Shown here piece after piece: positions 36,435 through 50,197 of a stretch of DNA of 64,000 bases. Position numbers and translations under genes: made by a program. Under the pieces are notes generated by a model. It saw only the letters and a list, made by a program, of their open reading frames with translations. It ran no database searches and was not told the origin of the DNA. This DNA is from Lama guanicoe (lineage: Eukaryota). Position 1 is the first letter of the stretch; each line of letters begins with the position of its first letter. The stretch lies in the NCBI GenBank assembly GCA_013239625.1, contig MU054391.1:2757130-2821129 (forward strand), given 5' to 3'.

Positions 36435-39400
36435 GTTACTGCTGTTTATTCTTGTTCGTGTTACTGCTGTGTGTGAAAATTCGCTACATGGTCCTGTGTT
36501 TTGAGTTTTGCTCCTTATCCTGTTTAATTTGAAGGAGGAATCTGTTTTTATTTATACTGGTGATAAAGCAATATTGGACCAAACAGATTCTTTCCGTAGA
36601 AGAGAGTTATGTTACAGCATCTACACTCTCGCCGGCTTCACTTCCCAGGTCTGCCAGTTATGTTCTCAAATCTCTTCCCTCGTCGACCATCGTTCAATCA
36701 CTTTGCAGTGCTTTATCGTATGGGGAGTTTGCCCCCACCTGGAGTTCCTTCCAAATCTCACGGATATAACAAAAATCATGTTTTGTAGAAATTACCCTTG
36801 AAAATTCCCTAGGAAGTTGCATTACTGGAGGCTGATAAATCCTTTCAATAAGACTAACACATTTAGTTTTTCCTTCTAAGTGTTGAAAACAAAACTGCTT
36901 CTTTGGTTAAGTATCAGATACAATATGCTGCTGGCTTTTAGGAGCCCCAGAGTAGAGACGGCTGAACTCTGGACCCCGGCGCAGGAAGATGCTGACAGCC
37001 TGGGAATCGCACGGGACCTGAGCCCTCCTAAGGAGACGGTAGAACTGCCTCGCGTCTCCTGCTCCCAGGGACGTGCCTTGAGCAGGTGGGCAGGTGGGCA
37101 GGTCGGCAGGTCCAGTGAGGGCCACTGCTTTTTGGGGGGCGGGGCAGGGAACTCAAGCATACGTAGTGATATTCAATTAACACACCCCTAATGTAGCATT
37201 CACATTCAGATGGCTTTCCTTCATAAAGGCTAGCACTCATATACGGAAAAATCATAATCTCTAACTATTTGGATTTAATTTCATGTATAAATGGCTTTGA
37301 TCTCATTGCCAGATCTTTATAGCACAGCCTCTCATTTGTGGGTTATTTACCCCATCAAGTCTTCACGTAGATGGTCCAGGAAAGGAGGGTGCAAGGAACA
37401 AATGCCGCCCAGCATTGCCCACTTGGGAATGTGTGTTCACTGACTTCACTTGCAGATGACAGCTCAGGTGTATTTCATTCTCCCGGAATCCTGTAATAAC
37501 GCTGCCCGTCTCCATAGCTGATCTCCTTAGTTACGGAAACTCCCTTTATGTTCCAGGATGGTGTCATCAAATAATGTTTTATTTCAGCGGATCTTCTTTT
37601 TATAATTTTCTTGAACGTGTGATACGTTTGATAAAGTGTTTGTTTCCTGATGTAAATCTTCCAAAATAGACCGTTTTCCCAGCAACCCCACTCCCCGGTG
37701 GGCGTACATACAAACATCTACAAATTCCTTCAGAAAAATCTCATCCCTGACCAAGTTTAAGGATTTTAATAAATAGGCCAGAGCTGAGGACTATGGGAAG
37801 GGGTGTGCCGGGCTTCCCTGCATAGACACGGTCATCTGGGGTCCTCAGCCTCCGCTCCTCTGCCCGCTCGTCTGAAGAATCGGGGACTCTGCCTCACCGA
37901 CACCTAGTACAGAGGAGCTCGCTGCACCACGCTTGGGTGCTTCTGAAATAAAACTACCTAGTGAAACCCACTCTGTGTCCCCAAACATCCCAAGATGAGG
38001 ATCTCTCATGGAGCTACGCTTGCAGCAAAGTTATCACTGATGCAATTCAAGTCCACTTCAGGGCTGGAAATCGGTACACAAGATTCTGGAACCTCTGAGC
38101 AGTTCAAGGCTTTCGATCGAAGAAGCCAATCATTTAAAAGGCTGGGAAACATTCCAGCCCGTGGTCGGAGAGGCCCTGCTGGGTGCAAAGTCCCAGGAGG
38201 CCTGCCCGGCCTTCGGTTCTCGGGTGTCCGGCCCCATAAACCCCCGGGCTGCACCTCCTGCCGAGATGCCTCTGGCTGCTAGGTCTTCCCGCTAGTGCTT
38301 TTCCGGCCTGGGCCAGGCGGAAGCCACCCTCCGGGGGCAAAGCTCGTCTTCTCAGTCCTTTGCGGCGACAGATCTGGATTACCACGAAGTGTCTTACACA
38401 TCCTTACCTTCCTAAAAGTGTCCTTATTACGGGGGAGCCCGGCAGGCGTGGGTTTTCACTGGCGTGCGTGTGATATCACGCTGAAAAATTTACAGCCCCT
38501 CAGAAGCTCCGTTTAATGATATGCACCGTTGGCTCCTTTCCAGGACATGGCTTAATAACTCATGCCAAACGGTGGTACAAAGAAGGGGGAAAAAACGACA
38601 GCTCTTTTCCTGACAACTGAACGTGGGAACTGTAATTTTTAATAGGAAGAAATTTGTTTGCAGCCTAACGGCCTCTTTGCAATTTGCAAAACCGTTTCTG
38701 CTGGGCACTGAAAGCTGGTCCCAGAACACCATGAGGAGGCGCGCGGTTTCTACGCAGGTCTTGGTGAGTGGACGCTGGTATCAGAGAGCCTTGCTTCTAC
38801 GACAGACGTGAGAGCAGCAGTGCTGTTCCGGGGACCCTGACCGCCCGGCGGGGACGTGGCTCCTACTCTCGGTCATCACCAGGGAGACCTTCATCTCTGG
38901 GGGTTGTTTCTGAAAACATCTACATTTGGTAATTTCTCTCCAACTATTATTATCATTAGGGCTGCGAGTGGATGTTTCACAAGTAAACTTGAGATGCGTC
39001 GTTGGAGAAAGGATTTTCCAGGTCACATTGGAGAAAGCCAGAGTGATGATTTGTGTGATTAACTTCAGCCTGATAATCAGCATGCCATGTACTCCCATGT
39101 GGGCACATAAATGACGTTATTGAAAATATACTAGTAAACTCAGGAAGCCCCCCGCGCCCTGGCCAGCTCTGCAAACGAGACCTCAGCCCCCTTTCCCAGG
39201 ACCCTGGGCTCAGAGGCAGCTTTGTTAAAGGCTACTCTGGCGTTTGGCCTCCGCATTTTCTAATATCTGACACCAGCTGGCTGGCTCCGTTTCATCAGAT
39301 TGAACTCTCCTTCCAACTGCTACCAGATGGCAGGCAATGCCGCAGCCACCTGGGATCACAGCCTCTCACCCTCAGAGTCAGATCTCGAGTGATGCTGAGG

Positions 39401-39774
39401 CCTCTGGACACCGCAGCCCGCCCGCCCCCCTCCTCCCCGCTCACCCGCCCCAGCCCCACTCCCAGATGGACCACATTTCATTTCTTGTTCCCTTTACCTA
39501 AAGCGGGAGGTGGACACGCAGATTCTCCCCTTGGCAAATCAGTTTTCAGCTCCAGGTTCGAGGAGCATGGTACCGGACAGCTGCCGCTGTCGGGCTCCTT
39601 CAGTCCAGACCCAGGGTTAGGGTACCGGTTACAGTTAATTCGAGAGGAGGCGGCAGCCAATAGGACGTATTGAGTGGCTTTCCCTTCGTTCTATTTCCTA
39701 TTCAGCTAAGTACCTCTTGGGATGACCTGGGTAGAAAAGACAAGACCAAGTGCCGTCTAATTAAGCGGGGTCTT

Positions 39775-39950
39775 CACTATCTAATGCAGCAGCCACAAGC
39801 CCCAGGTGAAAATTTAAACTTACATTAAATTAGAGATGTGTTCCTCCACAGCACCAGCCACATTTCAAGTGGTCATTAGTCACAAGTTCAACAGCCACAT
39901 TGGACTGTGCGTAACGGAACATCCCAGAACGCCATCCAGAAAGTGCTTAC
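39775..39950 (+). mobile_element. hAT-Charlie MER3-like DNA transposon remnant
   Basis: cagccacatttcaagtg...cattggac...cagaaagt. Confidence 0.65.
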
Positions 39951-40354
39951 CCAGAGAGTAACAACTTTAACTTGTGCAGCGGGGACTAGTTAGAAAATAG
40001 CTGCTAAGTTCACAGGGTGCGTTTCAGCAAAAGCATGCATAATGGAACAGATGTATGCAAAAGCAGAGTCTATTTTGTTTCCAATGCGCTGCTGAGATCT
40101 GGCAGGACGGGGGGGGGGGGTCTCGGTGACGCCACCTGCATACGTGTCAGCCCTCAGTAGGCCCCGAGCGAAGGCAGTGCTCTCCCGGGAGGAACTAAAA
40201 AAAATAGGATTTAAAGAGGGAGAAAAATCCTAAAAGATCTAACATTGTGTGCCTGCGCCGCACGGGTCCCTGTGCTGGGTGCTGCTGACCTCGTGGGAGA
40301 GGCCGTCTGGTCCCTGCCCACAGCCGGGCCCTGGGACAGCTGCTTTAGCTTTCA

Positions 40355-40445
40355 AAGCACCTTCCTACTTCATCTCAGAGCAACTTTATGAGTAAGGTAG
40401 GCTCTAATACCCCCGTTTCACAGAGGAAGAAACTAAGGACCAGAC
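40355..40445 (-). mobile_element. MIR fragment
   Basis: ccccgtttcacagaggaagaaactaagg matches the MIR core. Confidence 0.6.
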
Positions 40446-40593
40446 GGCCCGCCCTCATGGGACCAGAAGCTGAACTGAAGGCTGCTGCTCTTTCTGTCCC
40501 AACACAGACCCTGTATTAGTGTGACACTTGAGATACCAGACAGTTGTGACCTTAAGAAGTAGGTCTATTAGCAGACCCAAATTACTGCATGTG

Positions 40594-40753
40594 AAACAGA
40601 GAAACGAGGTCCTGCCGCACAGCACAGGGAACCGCGTTCAGTAACGTGTAATAGCCTGTGATGAAGAAGGATGTGAAAAAGGCATCACTGAATCTCTGTG
40701 CTCTATTCCAGAGACTAACACAACCTTGTAGACCGACTGTGCTGCGATTAAAA
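40594..40753 (+). mobile_element. L1 3' end fragment, GC-shifted
   Basis: Aligns with the L1 tails at ~7410-7580 and ~19230-19400. Confidence 0.8.
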
Positions 40754-41706
40754 AGTTCGGTCTCTTTATGGATTTATGATTGTTGTTATTGTTATTATGG
40801 TTATTTACACGCGTTTTTCATCCCCCCAACCCCAATAAACTGTCAACTGATAAAATTAAGGGCTGCCTTTCTCGTTTATTTTCTGAACATCTCAACGTAC
40901 TGCCTAAAGCCTGGTTGGTACAAAAATTTCTTTGTGTACGTGTGTACTTATATTCGCAGTACGTAATAAGCACCAACTTTTATTTAGCACTTTATTGTTT
41001 GCTGTTGTGTCGAAGATGCCAGTCACAAGAGATCACTTCACATTCCTCCGGGATGACATTTGCTGGGCCCCTAATGGCTGCTGCCCCAGAAAAGTCATTT
41101 TTCAAATACCACCTGTCTGGCTAGACTGGTGGGGGAGACAGGATCCCAAGACCTGGCCGTGCCCCACGGTCCAGCTTAAAGAGAAGCGCAGGAAGAGCAG
41201 CTCTTAGGAACTGGATGTAAAGAAAAGAACAAAGTTACCAGTTCCTGGCTGGGTGGTACAGTCAAAAGGTCGCACGGAGTCAAAGCTGGAGAGAAAGTGG
41301 CTTCCACAAGTTCGCCTAAGCCATGGAGGAGACGCAGCGCGTGAGTCGGGGCAGGCCTTTGGCTGAAGGGAGGCGAAAGAGCGCAGGTGCAGGAAGAAAC
41401 CGAGGCGGCGTGAGGGAAGCCCATGCTGCCCCTTAATCCAGGTTCAACCCCAGATCCCAGGAGGCTAGGGCGGTGGCCGCACCTGCAGGATCCGTGCCAC
41501 ATTCCTGATGCCCTTGGGCTCCTTGAGGCTGTCTTTGTCACTTGGAGCCAAGGGGTCCTAACCGAGCAGGGATGGTGGTAGCGGGTTGCACAAATCCTAG
41601 ACACAAGGCAACAGCTGTTCTGGTCACTGAGCTACATGCATGGAAGATAAAAGAGGAGGGACCAGCAAATAAGCGCTCTCTAATCCATAAAGACTTTGGT
41701 CCCAGA

Positions 41707-41854
41707 GGGGAGGGTGGAGCTCAGTGGTAGAGCACATGCTGAGCACGAGGTCCTGGGTTCAAGCCCCAGTGTCTCCATTAAATAGAGGAATAAATCAATC
41801 AATTTAATGAGCCTCCCCCCAACAAAAGGATACTGACTTGAAAAACGTTTCTAG
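41707..41854 (+). mobile_element. tRNA-derived camelid SINE (Vic-1-like) with TSD
   Basis: ggggagggtggagctcagtggtagagcacatgct...gggttcaagcccc. TSD aaagactttg(g/t)tccc at 41689 and 41855. Confidence 0.9.
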
Positions 41855-41989
41855 AAAGACTTTGTTCCCGAATCTCTACTGAAAACCCTATACTCGAGTT
41901 GGTCTGGAATATGTGTGAGCTCAGGAGGTGTTTCGTCCCCCTTGCTCAGGACAGAGACTAGAAATTAGCCAGGGTGGGCTCACATATAG

Positions 41990-42300
41990 GCCCCAAAATG
42001 CCTCAGGACTGAAACAGAAGTTTCCCCTCTTCCATGTGGTTGTCCAGTGTGGATGCTCCTGGTCGGGGTGGGTCTTGTCCTGAGGGGCTCAGAGACGCAG
42101 GCTTCTTCCATGTTAATGATGTCACTGTCACCTGCCTCTAGCTAACGAAGGGGGAAACCAGCCTGGAGGAGGCTCAGGGACTTCTGGGAGCCTTGGTCAC
42201 TTCTGGTGGCACAGTTCATGTCAGCTACATCCCACTGGGGGACACTGGTCACATGAGCCAGTTGCAAGGCAGGCTGGGAAAAGTAGATTCTAATTGGATG
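41990..42300 (-). mobile_element. Old MaLR LTR (MLT1K/L-like)
   Basis: caggcttcttccatgtt...ggtcacatg...gcaaggcaggctgggaaaagtag. Confidence 0.55.
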
Positions 42301-45300
42301 TCTATTATGAAAAGGCATGATGGATGCAAGGAATTGCCCGGCCGTCTGCACGAGGGTACCACTCCCAGCCTTCTCTCTCCTGACCCCAGCCCCCGTCCCT
42401 ATTCTGTTTTCTCCATTTCTTCCACGCAAGAGAAATCCCACAGCGCAAGAAGAAAGGGGACATTTCACAAGAGAGGAGCAAGCTATGATGAGAATTCCCA
42501 GTGCAAGACAGACTGGAAACACCTTCATCTTCCACTCCATGTAGTCTGTCTTTAGAACACCATGAACACACTACGTTGCCTCTAGACCAAACACATCCCA
42601 GAAGGCCTCTGTTACAGAATAGTGGGGGAAACGAGGTCTTAAACTCCTCATCCAGATTTGAGGACACCACTAACATTTGTCACTTACAAAGCATTTCCAT
42701 ACACGTTGACATATTAGATCCTCACAAAGACATCTAGAAATAAGTATGATTGTCACCATGTAATAAAAATCTAAATTACATCCCAAAGAGATGATTGGAC
42801 CTGCTGGATTTCACATCTCTGGGAGAAAGGGGGATTTAAACCTCTCAGGCCTGTCCTCTTTCCACAAACCACTGACAATCATAGGTTTCGTAAATATCTT
42901 ACCTTGACCACCTATTATTCATGTTTTCCAGAAAACTGCACAGGCCCAGGCTGGCAGGACCAGGGCAGCAGAAAACTAGACGTGAAGGTGTCACAGGTGG
43001 CAGGATGTTAATACGACTGGTTTCTGCAGCCTCCTCTTGTCTGATGCCTTTTGGCTGGGGGGACACTCCCAACTGCAAAGGACATGCCTCAGGGCCGCTG
43101 GGAGGCTCCTGGAAGGTAGCCCGTGGGAAGGTTTCAGTATCTGATACTAATCACAGAATCTGTCTTTGAGATTCTGTTTCTTGGCTGCTGCAGCCTAGCC
43201 AGCCCCAGATCATCACTTGTCCTGAATGAGCCAAGCATTCCATTAAATAGTTTTGGAGCCCTGGTTTGTGGGCTTCATAAAAAGAACTTCTTCCCTTATC
43301 AGCTACGCTCAATGAACTTGTAACATGTTTGGAACAACAATGCACACTCCCTGGAGAAGAAGGATGGAAGGAGCTCCTTCACTGCACAGGCATCTATGTC
43401 CTCCGCGTTGCGACATCGCTAGGAGCAGAGAAAACAGCCACATGTGGTCCTGCCCTTTGGGCTCCGCATTTCATATTATCACCGTCTGTATCTTATTAAA
43501 ATGATCAGAATCCCTGGATTGCTTCCATTTGAAAGTAGACAATATTTGAAAGTGTAGGGATTCGTGGCACGCAGCCGACTGGCTCAAAGCCAGGTAAGCA
43601 CCGCCAAACAGCGCCCTCGTCCTTCACGTGAAGGAGGCGTCACCGCTGCTGCCTCCCGCACGTCAGGAGGAGCTGGTCCTCCTGCTTCTGCGGGACCTGG
43701 ATCTAGGAAAGCTGTTCCCTTCTCCTGCACCCAGAGCTTCTCCCTTCCCACTGGCTTGTTCTTAAACTTGTCCTCCCCGCTTCTTAGAATCCACACCTCC
43801 TGGTTCCTATGCTGACTTTTGGCCACTCCATCCTGGCCTTTGTTTTCCCCTCTGCCAAAGCACTGCATTCTGAAATACATTCTGGGATTCCACCGGCACG
43901 CCTCTTCTTTCTCTGAACACAGTCCTCCTGGGTGGTTGCCATGTACTCAGAGGACTTCAGTCACCCTCCATGGGCAGATGGCCCAGAGACGAAGTAGAAT
44001 CTGTCGTAAGCCTTTGACTCTGATTATGCAGGTCCACACTGACATCCCAAAGACACTCCAATTTCCACTGATTCCAAGCAGAATGTCTTCTCTCCCCCTC
44101 TGTCTGCACTCCCATCTCACAGAAGAGATGCAGTGACCAGCTCAGATCTCACTGTGAGAACCATCGCTCTGCCCGTTGGATGTAAAGAGCATCTCCTGTG
44201 CAGGTTTTCACAAGGCAGCATAGACAGATCACTTCCTTTTTTATCTTTTCTATGTTGGGAGGAAAGGTGGTCTTAAAAATATTTGAAACTGCCAGATTAT
44301 GTGATTTTCAATCTTCGACCCCATTTTGAAAATATGAAAGTGAAATAAATGAAAATAACAAAGATCCAACAAGGAAACAGAAGCTCAACCCGATCACTCA
44401 TGTGCACGAGCGTCTTCTACCTCCCGCTTTCTCCTCCTCCGTCTTCACTTCCTCTGCACTTGCAGGGCATTGTTCTGTTCACCGTATTTTCTTGCTTTCA
44501 AAAGGTAGAAGCTGTAGAAATTAATTCAATATCAAGTGTGATGATTCAGGGAAAAAAAAAGTCCATTGGCCACAGGAGTCCCTTTTAAATGGTTTCCTCT
44601 GATGAGGCACCAGCAACAGGGGCGTGCAAGATGGACCAGGAGGGGAGCTCTGTGCGAGCAAGGACTCTCTCCCGCAGCGTGGAAACACCTGATCTGGCAG
44701 GATTTCCACCCTCACTGATGCAGGCCCCGCCTAATTTGCACGCAGCCCTGTTTGAGGGCTCACTGCTTGCTCCCTAATCGCCGGGCCTTTTAATGCACTG
44801 TGTATTGCTCAGAGAGCATATTCAATTACATTTCATTCCATTTCTTTCCAAGTTCCACTGTAATTCGTTTGATTTTTTCTTCCCCCAGGGCTTTGGAAAG
44901 ATGGTATCACATGAGCAGTTTTCAGGAAATGATCAGACCAAATAGGGCATTCAAAAAAATGCATTATTGAAGGTCAGTCTCCGTCTTCACACATCCTCCC
45001 TCAAATGTGCATTCGCATAGAAAGCTGGGGGGCGGGGCAGAGAAACAAGCCAGAGGAAGCTGTCCAGATGCATTCTGCGTTTGGAAACCAGGAGATGTGC
45101 TGAGAAAGGTCAGCTCTGAATATTTCAAGACAGAGCACAGCCTCTCCGGGACAGTTTTCTTGCACGATGTATAGGTGCCTTGGGTGGGCAACACCGGTTT
45201 CTTAAACGTGTATATTTTTCTCCAGGACACAACGCAATTTGGAGACAGGACTTAATTCTGGTAGGATCAGTGTGTGTATTTCAACTGTGTTCAGCCATGA

Positions 45301-46576
45301 TCTGCCCCGCCGCCTGCATGTTTACGGACAGACGCACCTTGATTTGCTCCTTGTCTTTCTGCTTCATTGAGATGGTGAGGTCTGCGTTGTTTCTCACAGC
45401 AGTTAAAATTTAACAGAATCTTAAATAAGAAAGTTTTTTTCTGATTTTAGATTTATTTCTCATCTACTTAAAAAAGTAAAAAGTTTTCCTCAATCTGGAG
45501 ACAGTATCCGCATCAGCTATTGCTTTGTTTTATTTTATTTTTTCCCTTACTGCTTGGTACAGAGGTAACTAGTTTTTTTTTCTTTTTTTCTGTCTGCAAA
45601 CATGAATCCGTTACCAGACACCAGCGGCACCCTGACTGGTGCTCATGGAAGGTACGGGTAATGCTGGAGCTTGAATGATTAACTGGGGTTTCAAGAAGGG
45701 TCTTGGGCCATGATAATTCTTCACGGGAAATGGGATTAAAATTTGACATGTCTACAATCTCCTCTCTTTGTAGTGAACATTTCAGTTTTCATCTGCTGGC
45801 CAAATAATTCCATGTGCAGTCATCCCTAAATTAATCTTGAATTAATTTTTAAATCTCCTGTCTTCTGATATATAATTCGTCACCGGAAAACGCAGAACAG
45901 TCAATCTTTCTTTAGACACGGAGTGAGAGGGTGGGCGGCCTCCCTGCCAGACGAGGGGGCGGCCCCACGTGGGCTGCAGGCTGGCGTCCGGGGCGGTGAT
46001 GCTCTCTCATCCTGCACGGGTCCTGTGGGACAGGCCGGCCTCAGAAATTGGCGGGCTGAACCCTGAACGGGTGACCTGGAGCCGGGAGCAGGCTGCTTGT
46101 GTTTGGAGCTGGTTTTATCAGCCAGCGTGCAAGCCTGAAGCTGCAAGAAGTCTAGCGTCAAGCTGATCTGTCACATGTTTAACAAGCTCACGCAGAAAGA
46201 GGGAAAGCCATTCCCGCGGGCACCGGAAAGCCCGCGTCCTTTGGGCACAGGGCGCGGTCTGGCTGTGCGGGCAGCGGCGTTACCAGCTGCAGGAGCCGCG
46301 GAATCAAAGGGAAACACACACGTCCACCCCCCGCCACTCCAAGCTCGGGGGGGACGGACGTCTGCACTTTGTATGTTTCCTCTTCCACGTCCACGCACAG
46401 CCCCATCCGCTTGCTTTTCCATCTTCTGCCGGACAATGAAAATTTACTGAAAGTCCCAGGGTTACCCAAGGGGCCACAGGCGACGGCGTGGGAGTGAACT
46501 TCGGGTGTGAGGAGGGCTCTGGCCTCTGCAACCTTCAAAACGTGGCAGGACGCGATAGGAGTGGGTTTGGTTCGTC

Positions 46577-46660
46577 TGGCCTGCTAAGTTCAAGTGATTA
46601 AAGCCGGGTGCTAATGGAGGCAGGGTCAGAGGTTCAATTCCCAAAGAAGCAAGTTCACTC
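46577..46660 (+). mobile_element. Ancient tRNA-derived SINE (MamSINE1-like)
   Basis: ggtgctaatggaggcagggtcagaggttcaattccc resembles a tRNA-like head with a B box. Confidence 0.5.
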
Positions 46661-48644
46661 CAAACAGAAAAAAAACTACTCAAAAACCAGGAACACCTCT
46701 GGACCCCCGTCACGGCCACAGGAGGGACTGAGTAGGAAGGAACAGCCATCCCAATGCAAAGCCGTCAGATGGACGGCTCAGTGGGCTGACGGGGGGGGGG
46801 GGGAAAAAAGGGGGGGGGGGGATGGAAGGCACTGACTGCCTTGGGGGAGGAGTCTATAAAAGCAGTTTTTACAAAGCCCTTGTTACCAGTGCTGGGTCCC
46901 CAGGGCCAGACTGGGGCTTTGGGCGATGCAGGGTCTCTTGCTAGGGAAGTGCTTGACTTCGGTCTACTCTTAAGAGGCCCAGGTCCCGCCCCAGCAGGGA
47001 GATCTAAGCCCCCAGAGGCAACAGTTGGGGCTGGCCTGTGGGACTCACGACCGGCAGGCGGGCTCCGCAGGGGACACTGTTGAACTTCACACGTTTGCCA
47101 AACCGGCAGGAGCTGGGGGGAGCGAGACGCCAGGGTTCCTCCAAGCTCTCTGGCTACGGGCGAGCCTTCTGCTGGTGTTTTTGTTTCAGATGGTGATGGA
47201 ACTAGACTAGAGGGTACCTCATCTAGTACAAGTGTCTCTGTTTCCTAGTCAGTTTGATTTTCAAAGACACCCTCCAAGGGGCAGGACCCCCCATACCAAC
47301 TTTAAAGCTGTCTGGTGGGAAAAATACCTAACACGGCAGAGGGGGACGGCCGGCCGCATTCAACAGGAAAGACAGATCTGTGACTCCATCAGTAGATTTC
47401 TGGATGAACCAAGGAAGGGAGCTACTGGGTCCTGAACCCTCACCGTGTACTCAGCACGTCGCATGTTTTCCCATTTAGTCCTCGGCATTACCTGAAAGGC
47501 CCTCTGGTGTTGCCATTTTGCAGGGAGAAAAGTAAGATGCCACATGTGGTAGAGAGGACTCCTGTTTACTTTTGACAATAAATCAGGATTCTTGCCTCAG
47601 TAAAACTGGAAGCTTTTTTTTAACCTTTTCTTTCTTTTGCCTGAAAAAGCAATGTAAGTGTCCTGAGTTAGACCTCAGTTGCTATTCATTATTATAGAAA
47701 CCAGCAAACACACCTATTATAAAAATCAGGGAAAATCAAACACTGATACAAAAAATCACAGTGTCTCTGTTGGATTTAAATAAACTCGAGTGATGGGTTT
47801 TGTTTATGTCTGTAACAAAAAGGGCGAGGTGGCAGCCTTGGAGAGTGCTCAGAACGACTTACACAATGTACCCTTTCAAATGCAGGTGTGCAAAAAGCCA
47901 GGAAAACAGGACCTGAGAAGAGACCAAGTCAGCCAAAACCACCGCAGAGGCAGAGCACCCAGACCCACGGCTTGACGTTTGGGGAGCCGGCCGGGCTTGT
48001 GGGTGCCCGTGGCCATAGAGGGGCAGACAGCTTAACTGGGCACTGCAAAGTTAATCCAAGGCTGTGCCCGAGGTAATAAAAACCAGGCCCACGAGACCAA
48101 ACACCAGACTCTCCCCAAACCCAGCCTCAATTATTTCAATTTTTTTTTTTTTTCGTTTTCAGGGGTCATCAGAAAGTTCCTTCCGGCTCTAATCCAGAAT
48201 AAATGAAGACGTTGTAAAGATTAAAAAGAACAGTTGAAGTTGAGAGGCGACTTTATCTTTGTGCTAAGCGTTTGAGATCGTGAACTTAGCGAACAGTGAT
48301 CATATTTATTACTCACAGCAAGTGAAAGAGGAGGCCAGGGAGGTTCCTGTTTCTGACGCCTGCTTTTCTGCCTCTGTGATGAGCGGATGCTGTCTTCATG
48401 CCATCATAAACTGGCGTGTCTTTTAGTATATACACAGTTTTCCTCTGGTTACATTAAAAGGCATAAACAAAATACTGTTCTCAAGCAAAAAGAGGCAATA
48501 GAAGATACGGAGTAGAGGGCAGGGAAGGACAACAGGTAACCAGAGAAGGAGTGAAAAAGCTTTCAGGCTTCTCCTTCTTAGCCTGCAAAGCAGGGGAGGT
48601 GGTCTGCTCCCGCACGTGCACCTTAGCGTTGTAAAAAACACAAT

Positions 48645-48790
48645 TTTGGCATTAGAAACCCCCAAGTTCAAATCCAGGCTCTACTGCTGAGGAGCTCAGC
48701 GACCGCAGGCAGGGTCCATCGTCTGTGTTCTTTCCGTAGAGCGGGGAAAACGCCCACGGCTTCTCGGACGGTTGTGAGGGGTAACAGAAC
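48645..48790 (+). mobile_element. MIR SINE
   Basis: aagttcaaatccaggctctact...ggttgtgagg. Confidence 0.65.
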
Positions 48791-48876
48791 TTTGAAAATG
48801 TTAGAGTCTAAATGGTATTTTGCACATTACAGGTCCGTCAGACTCCTGTGGAGTTTGGCAGTCTGGCCCGTGAAGG

Positions 48877-49326
48877 CAGGCTCACCTCGGAGATCGTGGG
48901 CTCAGTTCCAAACCACCGCACCAAAGCAGTCACACAAATGTTTTGGTTTCCCAGTGCGCACAAAGTTACCTTCCCGTGATACTGAATCTATTAAGCATTT
49001 AATAGCCTTACGTTTTAAAAAAAGTATATACCTTAATTTTAAAATACCTTATTACTAAAAAACGCTATCATCTGAGCCATCAGCAAGTCGCAGTAGTAAC
49101 ATCAAAGATCACAGATCATAGATAGTGATACTGAAAACATTTGAAATATTATGAGAATAACCAAATATGATACAGAGACACAAAGCGAGCAAATGCTGCT
49201 GGAAAAATGGGGCTGATAGGTTTGCTTGCTACAAGCTGCTTGCCACCTTCAATTTGTTAAAAAAAAAGGGGGGGCAGTATTCGTGAAATGCAATAAAGCA
49301 AACTGTGATAAAACGAGGTCTGCCTG
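48877..49326 (-). mobile_element. Tigger1 internal-deletion derivative (Tigger1a-like), both TIRs present
   Basis: TIRs caggctcacctcg and cgaggtctgcctg; internal sequence matches both Tigger1 ends. Confidence 0.9.
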
Positions 49327-49819
49327 CATCAGTAAATGAGACGCTCATCAGCTGGCTCATTTGTCAAGATCATGACAGACCCGCCGAGCAGTTCCCTCAC
49401 ATTCTGTACTTTTACATTTTTTAATCCAAAATTTCTGGACCTCGTCACAGTCTAGAAGTGGCTTATTCAGTGAAGCATGGTTGCAGGTTGGGGTATAAAA
49501 GGTTTGCATTCAAGGATGAAGAAGGGCCTGAAGGGACTGTGAGACGCAGGACCTGGGCTCTCGTGTCACCCCTGCCATCCGGAGACAGTCCCTCAGCCGT
49601 CTGGATGTCAGAAGCCTCGTCTGTGACCGTGGGACTGCACCGTGCGTCCCTCCCGCTCAGGACGCAGCTACAGCGGAAACTAAGGTCCCACAAAGGCCCC
49701 AAAACTCGGCCATCCTAGGAGCGCAGGGGCTGCCACTCAGGACTCTGTCACTGACGCCATGTAACAGCTAAAACAGGCTCATTGTCCATTAGTTCAATAA
49801 ATATTTGAAAACCACCATT

Positions 49820-50197
49820 ATTCCAGGCTGAATATTTGTGCACCCCCAAATTCGTATGTTGAAGCCCCAGCTCCCAACGTGATGGGACATTTGGGGGATG
49901 AGCGGGTTCAGATGAGGTCGTGAGGGTGGGGCCGCCATGATGGAATCAGTCTCCTTATAAGAAGAGACAGCAGAGGACCTCCCCCCACCCCTGGCTTTCT
50001 CTGTCCCGTGCAAACCCCAGGGAGAAGGCAGCCGTCTGCATCCCAGAAGAGCGTCCTCACCAGGCACCGACTCCGCCAGCACCTCCATCTTGCTCTTTCA
50101 GCCTCCAGAAGCGTCAGAGAAATAAGGAGAGAGATAGGTCTGTTGTGCGCCCCATCCACCCATCCGCGGTGTTTGGTTACGGCCGCACCAGCTGACT
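49820..50197 (+). mobile_element. MaLR LTR (MLT1A-like)
   Basis: ggctgaatatttgtgcacccccaaattcgtatgttgaag...ccttataagaagagac...cagcctccagaa. Confidence 0.88.

Noticed and set aside
36508..36801. Two overlapping ORFs after the plus-strand gene model
   Set aside because: No phase-compatible splice sites and no recognisable homology.
37082..37112. Four 8-bp GGCAGGT(G/C) repeats
   Set aside because: Too short to distinguish from ordinary slippage.
41707..41780. tRNA-like sequences (also at 5770 and 46577)
   Set aside because: Degenerate cloverleaf; the copies at 41707 and 5770 also have A-rich tails and 41707 has a TSD. These are SINE heads, not tRNA genes.
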